From Acutalibacteraceae bacterium (GTDB taxonomy: Bacteria > Bacillota > Clostridia > Oscillospirales > Acutalibacteraceae): a DNA stretch of 64,000 nt. The stretch's first letter is position 1. Each line of letters opens with the position of its first letter. The stretch spans positions 56,225 to 120,224 of the forward strand of contig JAZSNH010000029.1 of NCBI GenBank assembly GCA_045536305.1. The letters run 5' to 3'. This document shows positions 45,092-53,370 of the stretch, in pieces. Made by a program: the position numbers and the translations under genes. Below the pieces are notes generated by a model that was not told the DNA's origin, ran no database searches, and was given only the letters and a program-made list of their open reading frames with translations.

Positions 45092-46453
45092 TTATTTTTT
45101 GGGCTGATTTCTCAGCAGGGTCTTGCCGAGGCGCATATACTGGACCAGCGGACGCTTTGCAGGGCATGAGAACGCGCAGGAGCCGCACTCCATGCAGGTG
45201 TTTACGCTCAGACGCTCAAGCTCGGCACAGTCCTGTATCTTGACAGCGCGCTCGATGCTGGTTGCCTGCAGACGCATGGGACAGGCAGAAACACATCTGC
45301 CGCAGCGGATGCATTCGGTCTCTTCCCTTTCATCTACATCCTTCGGTGCCATTGCAAGCAGACCGTTTGTCTGCTTGATGATGGGCATGTTGGTGTCGTA
45401 AAGCGCATTGCCCATCATGGGGCCTCCCATGAGTATCTTTCTGGGGGCTTCCTTATAGCCGCCGCAGAATTTAAGCAGATCTCCTATAGGGGTGCCTATG
45501 GGAGCCTGAACGTTCTTCGGGGTCAGTACGGATGAGCCGTCAACTGTCACGCGCTTTGAAATAAGAGGTATACCTGTTTTTATATATCGTGCAATGAAAG
45601 CGACAGAGGTAATATTCATTACGATACAGCCAACGTCCAGCGGAAGCTTGCCTTTGGGAACTCTTCTGCCTGTGCATGCCTGGATAAGCACCTTTTCGGC
45701 GCCTTGAGGGTAGCTTGCTTTCAGCTTGAGAACACGGACCACGTCGTCGGGGTCCTTTTCCTCGGCGATTCGTGACAGGCACTCTATTGCGGTGGGTTTA
45801 TTGGACTCTACGCCGATAATGACGCGTTTTACATCAAACATCTTGCGGAGGATCTCGATGCCGTCGATAACATCGCGGGTGTTTTCGAGCATCTCACGCA
45901 TATCGGCGGTGAGATAAGGCTCACATTCTGCGCCGTTTATAACGATAGTGTCAACCTTTTTTTCGCCTATGGAAAGCTTTACGCTGACAGGGAAGCCTGC
46001 GCCGCCGAGACCTACAAGCCCCGATGCGCGCACCGCGTCAACAAGCTCCTTCTGGGTCGTGACAACGGGAGGTCTTATCCCCTCCCACATTATCTGCTCT
46101 TCACCCTCGGTGACTATCTCCACCGTCTTGCAGCGAACGCCGTTGGGCATGAGAATATCGCCGATTGCTTTTACGGTACCTGCAACGGACGCGTGGATGG
46201 GAGCAGAGACAAAAGCACTGCTTTCACCTATGGGCTGACCGATGCGGACCTTGTCGCCAACCTTGACACAAGGCTCGCAGGGCGCACCGATATGCATCTG
46301 CATGGGGATGATCACCTTTTCGGGTGTGGGCAGCGTTTCGGTTTCAAAAAATGCGGTGTTTTTGCGGTGAGGAACGTGAACTCCGCCGAAGGTTTTGAAC
46401 GGACGCTTCGGGAAGCTCAGTTTTTCCGCAGCCGCCTGCGGTTTATTTGACAT
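45092..46453 (-). CDS. rnfC: Rnf complex subunit C
   Basis: 453 aa. GLVGLGGAGFP NADH/FMN motif and two 4Fe-4S motifs, CIRCGRCVSACP and CMECGSCAFSCP. Confidence 0.93.
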   Translation of the reverse strand: MSNKPQAAAEKLSFPKRPFKTFGGVHVPHRKNTAFFETETLPTPEKVIIPMQMHIGAPCEPCVKVGDKVRIGQPIGESSAFVSAPIHASVAGTVKAIGDILMPNGVRCKTVEIVTEGEEQIMWEGIRPPVVTTQKELVDAVRASGLVGLGGAGFPVSVKLSIGEKKVDTIVINGAECEPYLTADMREMLENTRDVIDGIEILRKMFDVKRVIIGVESNKPTAIECLSRIAEEKDPDDVVRVLKLKASYPQGAEKVLIQACTGRRVPKGKLPLDVGCIVMNITSVAFIARYIKTGIPLISKRVTVDGSSVLTPKNVQAPIGTPIGDLLKFCGGYKEAPRKILMGGPMMGNALYDTNMPIIKQTNGLLAMAPKDVDEREETECIRCGRCVSACPMRLQATSIERAVKIQDCAELERLSVNTCMECGSCAFSCPAKRPLVQYMRLGKTLLRNQPKK

Positions 46454-46707
46454 ACGCTTCTTCCTCTCTTAAAAGAGTGCACAAAAGTTAATGCTTTCCA
46501 TATATATTAACTTCTGCACATGTATAGTCATTTTACTACATCAAAAACACTCTTGCAATACAAAAACGGACATTTTAATGGCTTTTACAGAAATTTATTA
46601 TAAATTTTTTCTTTATTTGCCATCGGTTTTGTTATATTTTTAACAAAGAGCAGCCTGCCCGAGAAGGAATCGGAAAAGAATATATCGGGAAAACGCACAC
46701 TGCAAAA

Positions 46708-46748
46708 GAAAGCAACAGCCTTTGCAGAGCGCAAAGGCTGTTGCTTTA
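46708..46748 (-). terminator. intrinsic terminator of the TIR gene
   Basis: GCAACAGCCTTTGC-agagc-GCAAAGGCTGTTGC is a 14-bp stem. On the minus strand it is followed by TTTCTTTTGC, about 10 nt after the stop at 46758. Confidence 0.75.
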
Positions 46749-46757
46749 AATGATAGA

Positions 46758-48224
46758 TCACTGCTTTGGGGTATAGCTGTAGAGCAATCGGGTATTTACC
46801 TTCCTCGTGTCTGAGGCCGTATATACTGTGTCGCTCCAGCTGCTGAAGGAAGTCCACTTGCTGTAGCTATAGCTGTAGGAACTGACAGAACGTGTACGGT
46901 AATAATATTTTGTGTATGCAGGTGTCACTGTAGTTTTGTTTTCGGTAACATGATAATAATATCTTCCTGTGCTGCTGTCGCGATATTTTGTTCCTGAGCC
47001 GGCGTGTCCGCAGCTCCAGGAGCCCGCTGTGGGCAGCTTGCTGTCTCTGGTGATCTTGATCTCACTCCATGAACGGGAGGGATACTGGGCTTTTGCACAG
47101 GTCAGACAGTAATGAAAATGGGCTGTAGCTCCGCTTTTTGTGCCTCTGTAGCCTCTGTATGTATAGGTCGTCTTATAGGTTGCGGCAATATTTTCGGTTT
47201 TATCAATTTTCAGAGTCTCCGATTCCGTTACCGCACTGTTGCTGGTTTGCTGATCGCTCCAGGCCGAATAGTTCGGTGTTTTTGAAACTTGAGTCCAGCC
47301 GGTGAGGCTGCTGTTGGGAGATACCGTGGTGACTTTATCGGAATACTGATATTGCTTTTTGCTTTTGATTGTAGCGTTCTCAGAGCTTATTCCGGAGGGA
47401 AGCTCGTCCTTGGTCATCCAGGGAGAGGACGTTGCTTTTGTTGTGGTAGTGGTTTTCTTTGCGGTCGTAGTAGTAGATCTTCTTGTGGTAGTAGTGGTTT
47501 TCTTTGTGGTTGTGGTCGTGGTCGTGGCAGCAGAGGTTTCCTTTGCTGCAGTAGTGGTCGTTGTATTGTTTTTTGATTCCTGCGTGGTGGTAGTAGTGAT
47601 GACAGGCGGTTCTGGAGGGCCGGGCTGTGGCTGCGGATCAAAAACACCGAGTGCTTTGGCGGCAAAAGCGCATGCGGCAACAATGAGAACGAGAGATGCT
47701 GCGATGATTATTTTGCGAATTGCCGGGCTCGAAGACTTCTTTATGGGAACATCTTGCGGCACTGTGTCATTGGATGTCCCGTTTAATGCCGAGTAGATAC
47801 GGTTTGCGGTTTCGTCGGGGGACTCACCTTTGACATAAGGAACGCCGTGAAGATGGGTAAGATCGACATAAAAGCCTATGCTGTAGGTAGGTACTTTTGA
47901 AGGATCTATCTCATCAAGAAATACAGGAATAATGCGTTTATTATAGAGCAATGCCTCGGAATATTCTTTTCTGACATAGCTTTTTTCTTTTTTGAACAGG
48001 TGCTTTGTTACAAAGAGAATGACAACATCGCACTTTGAAATATGCTCTGCTATCTGTGTTTCCCATTCAAGTCCGTATTCAAGTCCGTAATCATACCATA
48101 TCGGAACACCTTTGGAATCGAGCGCCTGCGCTACCTTGCTTATACGATTTGTGTCTTCGTTGTTGTAGCTTATAAAGTTGAATTTATCGGTATAATGAGG
48201 AATAAAGCCAAAATCAGTTGCCAT
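46758..48224 (-). CDS. TIR-domain transmembrane protein (N-terminal TIR, TM helix, poly-Thr stalk, Trp/Tyr-rich C-terminal domain)
   Basis: ORF track 46758..48317; ATG at 48224. FNFISYNNED...ISKVAQALDSKGVPIWYDY...IAEHISKCDVVILFVTKHLFKKEKSYVRKEYSEAL fits the TIR_2 pattern, including S-x4-E. TM helix IIIAASLVLIVAACAFAAKALGV. Hinge PQPQPGPPEPP. Thr-rich stalk of ~55 aa. C-terminal domain of ~220 aa. Confidence 0.7.
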   Translation of the reverse strand: MATDFGFIPHYTDKFNFISYNNEDTNRISKVAQALDSKGVPIWYDYGLEYGLEWETQIAEHISKCDVVILFVTKHLFKKEKSYVRKEYSEALLYNKRIIPVFLDEIDPSKVPTYSIGFYVDLTHLHGVPYVKGESPDETANRIYSALNGTSNDTVPQDVPIKKSSSPAIRKIIIAASLVLIVAACAFAAKALGVFDPQPQPGPPEPPVITTTTTQESKNNTTTTTAAKETSAATTTTTTTKKTTTTTRRSTTTTAKKTTTTTKATSSPWMTKDELPSGISSENATIKSKKQYQYSDKVTTVSPNSSLTGWTQVSKTPNYSAWSDQQTSNSAVTESETLKIDKTENIAATYKTTYTYRGYRGTKSGATAHFHYCLTCAKAQYPSRSWSEIKITRDSKLPTAGSWSCGHAGSGTKYRDSSTGRYYYHVTENKTTVTPAYTKYYYRTRSVSSYSYSYSKWTSFSSWSDTVYTASDTRKVNTRLLYSYTPKQ

Positions 48225-48342
48225 TTTTTTCACGCCTTTTAAAATATTAACAGAATAATCATAGTTGATATTTCTTAATAATTCAATAGGAAAAATTTTT
48301 TTGTGGAATACAAACAAATAATGTGGGTTTTATTGGTATAAC

Positions 48343-48377
48343 AAAACCTCTGAAAGATTATCTCTTTCAGAGGTTTT
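48343..48377 (-). terminator. intrinsic terminator (probably the original ychF terminator, now downstream of the RAYT insertion)
   Basis: AAAACCTCTGAAAG-attatct-CTTTCAGAGGTTTT is a 14-bp stem with a minus-strand T-run after it. It lies 10 nt beyond the duplicated ychF 3' end (48388-48412). Confidence 0.8.
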
Positions 48378-48387
48378 GAGAGTTTAT

Positions 48388-48412
48388 TCAGACATTGAAC
48401 AGGAAATGCAAG
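48388..48412. repeat. direct repeat, copy 1 (displaced duplicate of the ychF 3' end)
   Basis: TCAGACATTGAACAGGAAATGCAAG vs 48916-48940 TCAGACATTAAACAGGAAATGCACG (23/25). On the minus strand both encode H-F-L-F-N-V-stop. Confidence 0.85.
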
Positions 48413-48413
48413 G

Positions 48414-48923
48414 CTAATTGCCTGAGTACATTTTATCGAATTCCCAACGGGAGGGGTTTTCAAGAATATATGCGGCAATTTCATCATAATCATGCTGATT
48501 GCGAATTATATGCTCATAAAAGGATGTCTGGAATAATTTATTTATCGGCTTTACCCTGTTGCATTCTCTTGCGGTCAACGATTTATACGCACAGATTACA
48601 TCTGTAACCGTAGGGCGGGGGCTTGCTCCCGCAGTTTCACTCATGGTCAGAATAAAGTGTATATGATTGGGCATAATAACGTATTCGCGTATCTGCACAA
48701 AGGAATATCGTTTTTTAAGGAGCATCAGCTGCTCTTCTGCAATACTGCCGTATCGGGTAAGGTCGATTTTGGCGGGAGCAAGCCCCCGCCCTACGATATG
48801 TGACAGTATGCATTGGCGGTTTTGAGTACATATTGTAATAAAATAAGCACCCGAAGAACTGTAATCAAAATTATTCAATCGAGGGTGTTTTCTTTTTGGG
48901 TAATCATAAACAGACTCAGACAT
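48414..48923 (-). CDS. REP-associated tyrosine transposase-like (IS200/Y1_Tnp superfamily) protein
   Basis: ORF track 48414..49124, whose 5' part overlaps ychF. The ATG at 48923 gives a 169-aa protein starting MSESVYDYPKRKHPRLNNFDYSSSGAYFITICT. HUH motif MPNHIHFIL and Tyr motif SFYEHIIRN. Stop codon TAG. Confidence 0.75.
   Translation of the reverse strand: MSESVYDYPKRKHPRLNNFDYSSSGAYFITICTQNRQCILSHIVGRGLAPAKIDLTRYGSIAEEQLMLLKKRYSFVQIREYVIMPNHIHFILTMSETAGASPRPTVTDVICAYKSLTARECNRVKPINKLFQTSFYEHIIRNQHDYDEIAAYILENPSRWEFDKMYSGN
48609..48795. repeat. 24-bp perfect inverted repeat pair inside the RAYT-like CDS
   Basis: 48609-48632 CGTAGGGCGGGGGCTTGCTCCCGC is the exact reverse complement of 48772-48795, with a 139-bp spacer. 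Each arm is itself a near-palindrome (GCGGGaGC-AA-GCcCCCGC). Confidence 0.9.
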
Positions 48924-50013
48924 TAAACAGGAAATGCACGACATCGCCGTCCTGCATGATATATTCCTTGCCCTCAGAGCGGATAAGGCCCTTTTCTTTT
49001 GCCGCGGCAAGAGAGCCGCCAAGCTCGGTGAGCTTATCGTAGGCAATGACCTCTGCGCGGATAAAGCCGCGTTCGATATCGGAATGTATCTTGCCTGCCG
49101 CCTTCTGGGCTGTGGTGCCGTCAACTATCGTCCATGCGCGGACCTCGGGCTGACCTGCGGTAAGGAAGCTTATATAGCCGAGCAGGTGGTAGCCTGCTCT
49201 GATAAGGCGGTCAAGTCCGCTCTCCTCGAGGCCGAGCTCTGAGAGGAACATCATCTTTTCCTCTTCCTCCATGTCAACAAGCTGGGATTCGAGCTCTGCA
49301 CAGATGGGAAGCACCTCACTGCCCTCTGCCTCGGCAATGGCGCATACAGCCTTGTAATTTTCGTTGCTCTCGATTCCTGCGGAGAAATCCTCCTCGCTGA
49401 AGTTTGCGGCGTAGATCACCTTTTTTGAGGTGAGCAGAGAAACGGTGGAGAGTATCGCGTCCTCGTCCTCGGTGCGTTCAACAGCACGCGCAGGCTTGCC
49501 TGCATCGAGGGTCTCCTTGACTCGAAGCAGGAAATCAAGCTCGCTCTGCAGCGAGCGGTCGCCCTTGAGCTGTTTTCTGGTGCGGTCGATTCTTCGCTCC
49601 AGCACCTCTATATCGGAAAGAACGAGCTCAATATTTATGGTCTCGATATCCCTTGCAGGGTCAATGCTTCCGTCAACGTGGACGATATCGTCGTTTTCAA
49701 AGCACCTTACAACATGGACAACGGCGTCGCATTCGCGAATATTGGAAAGGAACTTGTTGCCGAGGCCTTCGCCGTGGCTCGCACCCTTTACAAGACCTGC
49801 GATATCAACAAATTCAAGTGCTGCATGAGTGACCTTGAGAGGGTTGTACACCTTTGCAAGCTCATCAAGTCTCCTGTCGGGAACATCGACAACGCCGATG
49901 TTCGGCTCGATGGTGCAGAAGGGGTAGTTTGCGCTGGGAGCGCCTGCATTGGTTATCGCGTTGAACAGTGTGGACTTTCCTACGTTGGGAAGTCCCACAA
50001 TACCGAGTTTCAT
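48916..50013 (-). CDS. ychF: ribosome-binding ATPase YchF
   Basis: ORF track 48916..50043. ATG 50013 follows a GGAGGAAA RBS. MKLGIVGLPNVGKSTLFNA P-loop, DIAGLVKGAS and the C-terminal TGS-like DGDVVHFLFNV. Confidence 0.95.
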   Translation of the reverse strand: MKLGIVGLPNVGKSTLFNAITNAGAPSANYPFCTIEPNIGVVDVPDRRLDELAKVYNPLKVTHAALEFVDIAGLVKGASHGEGLGNKFLSNIRECDAVVHVVRCFENDDIVHVDGSIDPARDIETINIELVLSDIEVLERRIDRTRKQLKGDRSLQSELDFLLRVKETLDAGKPARAVERTEDEDAILSTVSLLTSKKVIYAANFSEEDFSAGIESNENYKAVCAIAEAEGSEVLPICAELESQLVDMEEEEKMMFLSELGLEESGLDRLIRAGYHLLGYISFLTAGQPEVRAWTIVDGTTAQKAAGKIHSDIERGFIRAEVIAYDKLTELGGSLAAAKEKGLIRSEGKEYIMQDGDVVHFLFNV

Positions 50014-50089
50014 AAAATTTCCTCCGTATTCATGCAAATACACAAATCAAGATTCATGTATTTGCGGTAAAATTCATAATATTTCCAAA

Positions 50090-51811
50090 TTACTCTGCGC
50101 TCTGTTCAAGACTTTCCATGTGCTCGGGAACAGTGATCTTGAGCATTTCCAAAACATTTGCGATACAAATCCTTGCGGCCTCGCAGAGGGTAAGACGTGC
50201 AGAGGTCATATCGGGATTTTCCTTGTCCACACAATAGCAGGCATTGTAGAATTTGTGGAACTTTGATGCAAGATCGATGCAGTAGCGGGTAAGCCTGGAA
50301 GGAGCATACTCCTTTGCTGCGTCGATTATTTCATCGGTGAGAGATGCGAGGTGGCGGATAAGCTCGATCTCCTCGGGGGCGGTGAGAAGTGCGAGCTGCT
50401 CGGAAGAGGCGCGCTCAAATTCAATTCCCTGTTCCTCGGCCTTGCGGAAGATGGAGCAGATTCGCGCGTGAGCATACTGGCAGTAATAAACAGGGTTCTG
50501 GGAATCCTCACGTACTGCGATGCCAAGATCAAAATCCATCTGAGAGGATGCATCGCGCATGTTAAAAAGAAAACGCGCTGCATCGGGAGAGACTTCGTAA
50601 AGCAGGTCGGCAAGCTGGATAGCCTTGCCTGTACGCTTGCTCATTCTTACAGGCTCGCCGTTGAGCAGCAGTTTTACAAGCTGCATGAGAACGATGTCGA
50701 GCTTTGAGCCGTCAAGACCTACCGCATCCATTGCACCCTTGAGACGTGCGACATGTCCGTGGTGGTCAGCACCCCAGATGTTTATACAGGTGTCAAAATT
50801 ACGGGTGGAGAATTTATTTCTGTGATATGCGATATCGGCTGCAAAATAGGTGGGGATGCCGTTGTTGCGGACGAGCACTTCGTCCTTTTCGCCGCCGAAT
50901 TCGGTGGCCTTATACCAAAGAGCACCGTCCTTTTCGTAGGTCAGACCCTTGTCGGTGAGAAGTCTGATGGTGTCTTTTACCTCACCGCTGTTGTGAAGAA
51001 TGCTCTCTAAGAACCAGGTGTCGTACTCAATGCGGTACATACCGATATCGTGCTTCATCTGCTCGATGTTTTTCGGAAGGGCAAACTCTACAAGAGCCTT
51101 CCTGCGCTCGGCCTCGGGCTTTTCCAGATAGCTGTCACCGTGTATTTCTGCAAAAGCCTTTGCATGGTCTGTGATATCGCCGCCGTGGTAGCTGTCTTCG
51201 GGCAGCGGAACGGCCTCTTCACCGAGAAAGATCTGGCGGTAGCGCACATCAAGCGACAGGCCGAACTTTTCTATCTGATTGCCTGCGTCGTTTACGTAGA
51301 ATTCACGCTCGACATAATAGCCTGCGGCCTGCATTACGGCGGCGAGACAATCGCCTATCGCACCGCCTCGGGCGTTGCCGAGATGCATGGGGCCTGTGGG
51401 ATTTGCGGAAACAAATTCGACAAGCACTCTCTTCCCTGCTCCGAAGTCGGATCTTCCGTATTGCTCCTTTTTCTCGCAGACATCGGAAACAACGTCCTCA
51501 AAAAGCCTGTGGCTTACAAAGAAGTTGATAAAGCCGGGGCCTGCTGTTTCGCAGCGGTCAATATAGGTGCCGTCGAAATTCATGTGAGAAACAAGGGCGG
51601 AGGCGATTTTGGCAGGAGCCTGACGAAAAGCTCTCGCGCCCAGCATGGCGGCGTTTGTGGCATAGTCGCCGTGGCTTACATCGCCGGGAGTTTCGATTAT
51701 GTAGGCAGGGAGCTCCGCCTCGGGAAGAGAGCCGTCGGCAAAGCATGCGGCAAATGCCGCTTTTATGGCGCTGTCGATCTGCTCGCGAACAGCTTTGATG
51801 TGCAGTGACAT
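50090..51811 (-). CDS. argS: arginine--tRNA ligase
   Basis: 573 aa. SANPTGPMHLGNARG (HIGH-type motif) and the class-I ArgRS layout with a C-terminal DALR-like anticodon-binding domain. Confidence 0.95.
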   Translation of the reverse strand: MSLHIKAVREQIDSAIKAAFAACFADGSLPEAELPAYIIETPGDVSHGDYATNAAMLGARAFRQAPAKIASALVSHMNFDGTYIDRCETAGPGFINFFVSHRLFEDVVSDVCEKKEQYGRSDFGAGKRVLVEFVSANPTGPMHLGNARGGAIGDCLAAVMQAAGYYVEREFYVNDAGNQIEKFGLSLDVRYRQIFLGEEAVPLPEDSYHGGDITDHAKAFAEIHGDSYLEKPEAERRKALVEFALPKNIEQMKHDIGMYRIEYDTWFLESILHNSGEVKDTIRLLTDKGLTYEKDGALWYKATEFGGEKDEVLVRNNGIPTYFAADIAYHRNKFSTRNFDTCINIWGADHHGHVARLKGAMDAVGLDGSKLDIVLMQLVKLLLNGEPVRMSKRTGKAIQLADLLYEVSPDAARFLFNMRDASSQMDFDLGIAVREDSQNPVYYCQYAHARICSIFRKAEEQGIEFERASSEQLALLTAPEEIELIRHLASLTDEIIDAAKEYAPSRLTRYCIDLASKFHKFYNACYCVDKENPDMTSARLTLCEAARICIANVLEMLKITVPEHMESLEQSAE

Positions 51812-51913
51812 ATTGATATCTGTCCTTTCAGAACTGAATTTACGTGTTTTTATGGGTCGGGTAAGAATATTAGATACCCTGCGGTGTGCAGAAAGAGAGG
51901 ATGCAGTCCTTCG

Positions 51914-52411
51914 TCAATCGCAGAGGGTGCAGCCCTCGCAGACTCCTGTGCATTTCGTGAAGTTAGTCTTTTCTGCGCCCTTTTTCTCGGCGGTTATCAT
52001 CATTCGGTACTGTACGGGTGCGCCGTCGCCGAAATCAAGGGAATATTTCAAGATGACCATTCCGCCGTCTTCGGATATATTATGCATTACCTTTTCGGTG
52101 GTGCATTGGAGCTTGAAGGTGCCTTCGTCGGTCGAATAGGGAAACTCGCTCTTTTCGCCCTGCTTGAAATTCATGCCCATTATCTGTCTGCCGCTTGAGG
52201 CTGCGGTGCGGACAAAGGTGACTGTACCGTCGCGGTGGACGGTAAGCCTTGTGAGAACGGCGTCACACTGCTCGTCGGCAGGCGGTTCTATATATTCGAG
52301 CGTGGTGTAGCGCTCGTCTATAAAAATCTCTGCCTCGGTGTCAAACTGCACTTTTTCGGACTGTTCGTCAATGGTATAAACAGTAAGTGAATTAAGACTT
52401 AAGCAGCTCAT
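51914..52411 (-). CDS. DUF1934 (YwiB-like) beta-barrel protein
   Basis: 165 aa. Its size, its position directly upstream of argS (as with B. subtilis ywiB) and its alternating beta-strand character support the call. This is from memory, not a search. Confidence 0.55.
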   Translation of the reverse strand: MSCLSLNSLTVYTIDEQSEKVQFDTEAEIFIDERYTTLEYIEPPADEQCDAVLTRLTVHRDGTVTFVRTAASSGRQIMGMNFKQGEKSEFPYSTDEGTFKLQCTTEKVMHNISEDGGMVILKYSLDFGDGAPVQYRMMITAEKKGAEKTNFTKCTGVCEGCTLCD

Positions 52412-53236
52412 TTAAAATCCTCCCTGAATGGATTCAATAGTCACATATTCTACTCTGGAGGATATATCCTCGCCCAGCAGAAGAGATGCTGTGGAGGTAA
52501 AGCCCTGTGGCGCATCGGTGACATAGAATTGGTATTTCGCCTCGTTGCTGTCGTAAGCGAGCATATCCTTTTCAAGAAGAAGCTTACGTACATATTTGCC
52601 TGTTGCCGCACCTGCATCAATAAGGGCAACGCTCCCGCCGAAGTAATTCCCGATAGCTTCTTTTAGGATCGGATAGTGAGTGCAGCCGAGGATCAGCGTA
52701 TCGATATTCCGGTTTTTCAGAGGCTCCAGATATCGCTTTACAGTCTCGGTGACCAATGGGTCGGAAGGGTCGATAAAGCCGTTTTCGACAAGCGGCACAA
52801 ACAGCGGACAAGCCTGTGCAAACACTTGAGCATTGGGATCTAATTTCGCTATTTCCTTAACGTAGGAGCCTGAGGCGACGGTGGCGGCCGTGCCGATAAC
52901 ACCGATACGTCCGCTGCGGCTTGCTTCTGCAGCAGCCTTTGCGGCAGGAACAACAACGCCTGTAAAGGGAACGGAGAGCCCATCTCCGGCATCCCCGGCA
53001 ACAGAGCTTACCGTTCCGCAGGCGGCGATCACCATCTTCACCCGTTTTCCGAGAAGAAAACGAACGTCTTCGAGGGCGTACTTGTGAATGGTGTCGGCGC
53101 TTCGATTGCCGTAGGGAACACGGCCTGTGTCGCCAAAGTAAATTATGCTCTCATTTGGAAGGATCTTTCGCAGTTCACGCACGCAGGTCAGTCCTCCGAG
53201 ACCTGAGTCAAAAACGCCTATTGCGTCATTTTTCAT
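52412..53236 (-). CDS. murI: glutamate racemase
   Basis: 274 aa. IGVFDSGLGGLT, the first catalytic Cys in IAACGTVSS and the second in LGCTHYP. Confidence 0.95.
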   Translation of the reverse strand: MKNDAIGVFDSGLGGLTCVRELRKILPNESIIYFGDTGRVPYGNRSADTIHKYALEDVRFLLGKRVKMVIAACGTVSSVAGDAGDGLSVPFTGVVVPAAKAAAEASRSGRIGVIGTAATVASGSYVKEIAKLDPNAQVFAQACPLFVPLVENGFIDPSDPLVTETVKRYLEPLKNRNIDTLILGCTHYPILKEAIGNYFGGSVALIDAGAATGKYVRKLLLEKDMLAYDSNEAKYQFYVTDAPQGFTSTASLLLGEDISSRVEYVTIESIQGGF

Positions 53237-53370
53237 GGCTTTACCACCTTTTGACGGATAGATGTATAAAATTAAATATGTCTATTATTTGCAATGAATG
53301 TGTATCTGAAGGCGAACAAAAACCGAGCATTGATGCGTATTGCCTGAAATCACATCAGGTGAAAGGTTCT

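Larger units (their letters stand above)
48413..48940 (-). mobile_element. compact 528-bp insertion carrying a RAYT/IS200-like Y1 transposase gene
   Basis: It is bounded by the 25-bp direct repeats and the interior is almost exactly one ORF. See the CDS 48414..48923. Confidence 0.6.

Noticed and set aside
48924-49124. Upstream extension of the RAYT-like ORF (ORF track start 49124)
   Set aside because: It overlaps the 3' part of ychF in another frame and encodes an Arg/Ser/Ala-rich peptide. Homologous Y1 proteins begin near the MSESVYDYPKRK... sequence reached from ATG 48923.
51812-51913. T-box leader upstream of argS
   Set aside because: Only ~100 nt separate argS from the preceding DUF1934 gene, which is too short for a T-box. 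I saw no specifier-loop or T-box motif, and argS appears co-transcribed with murI and the DUF1934 gene.
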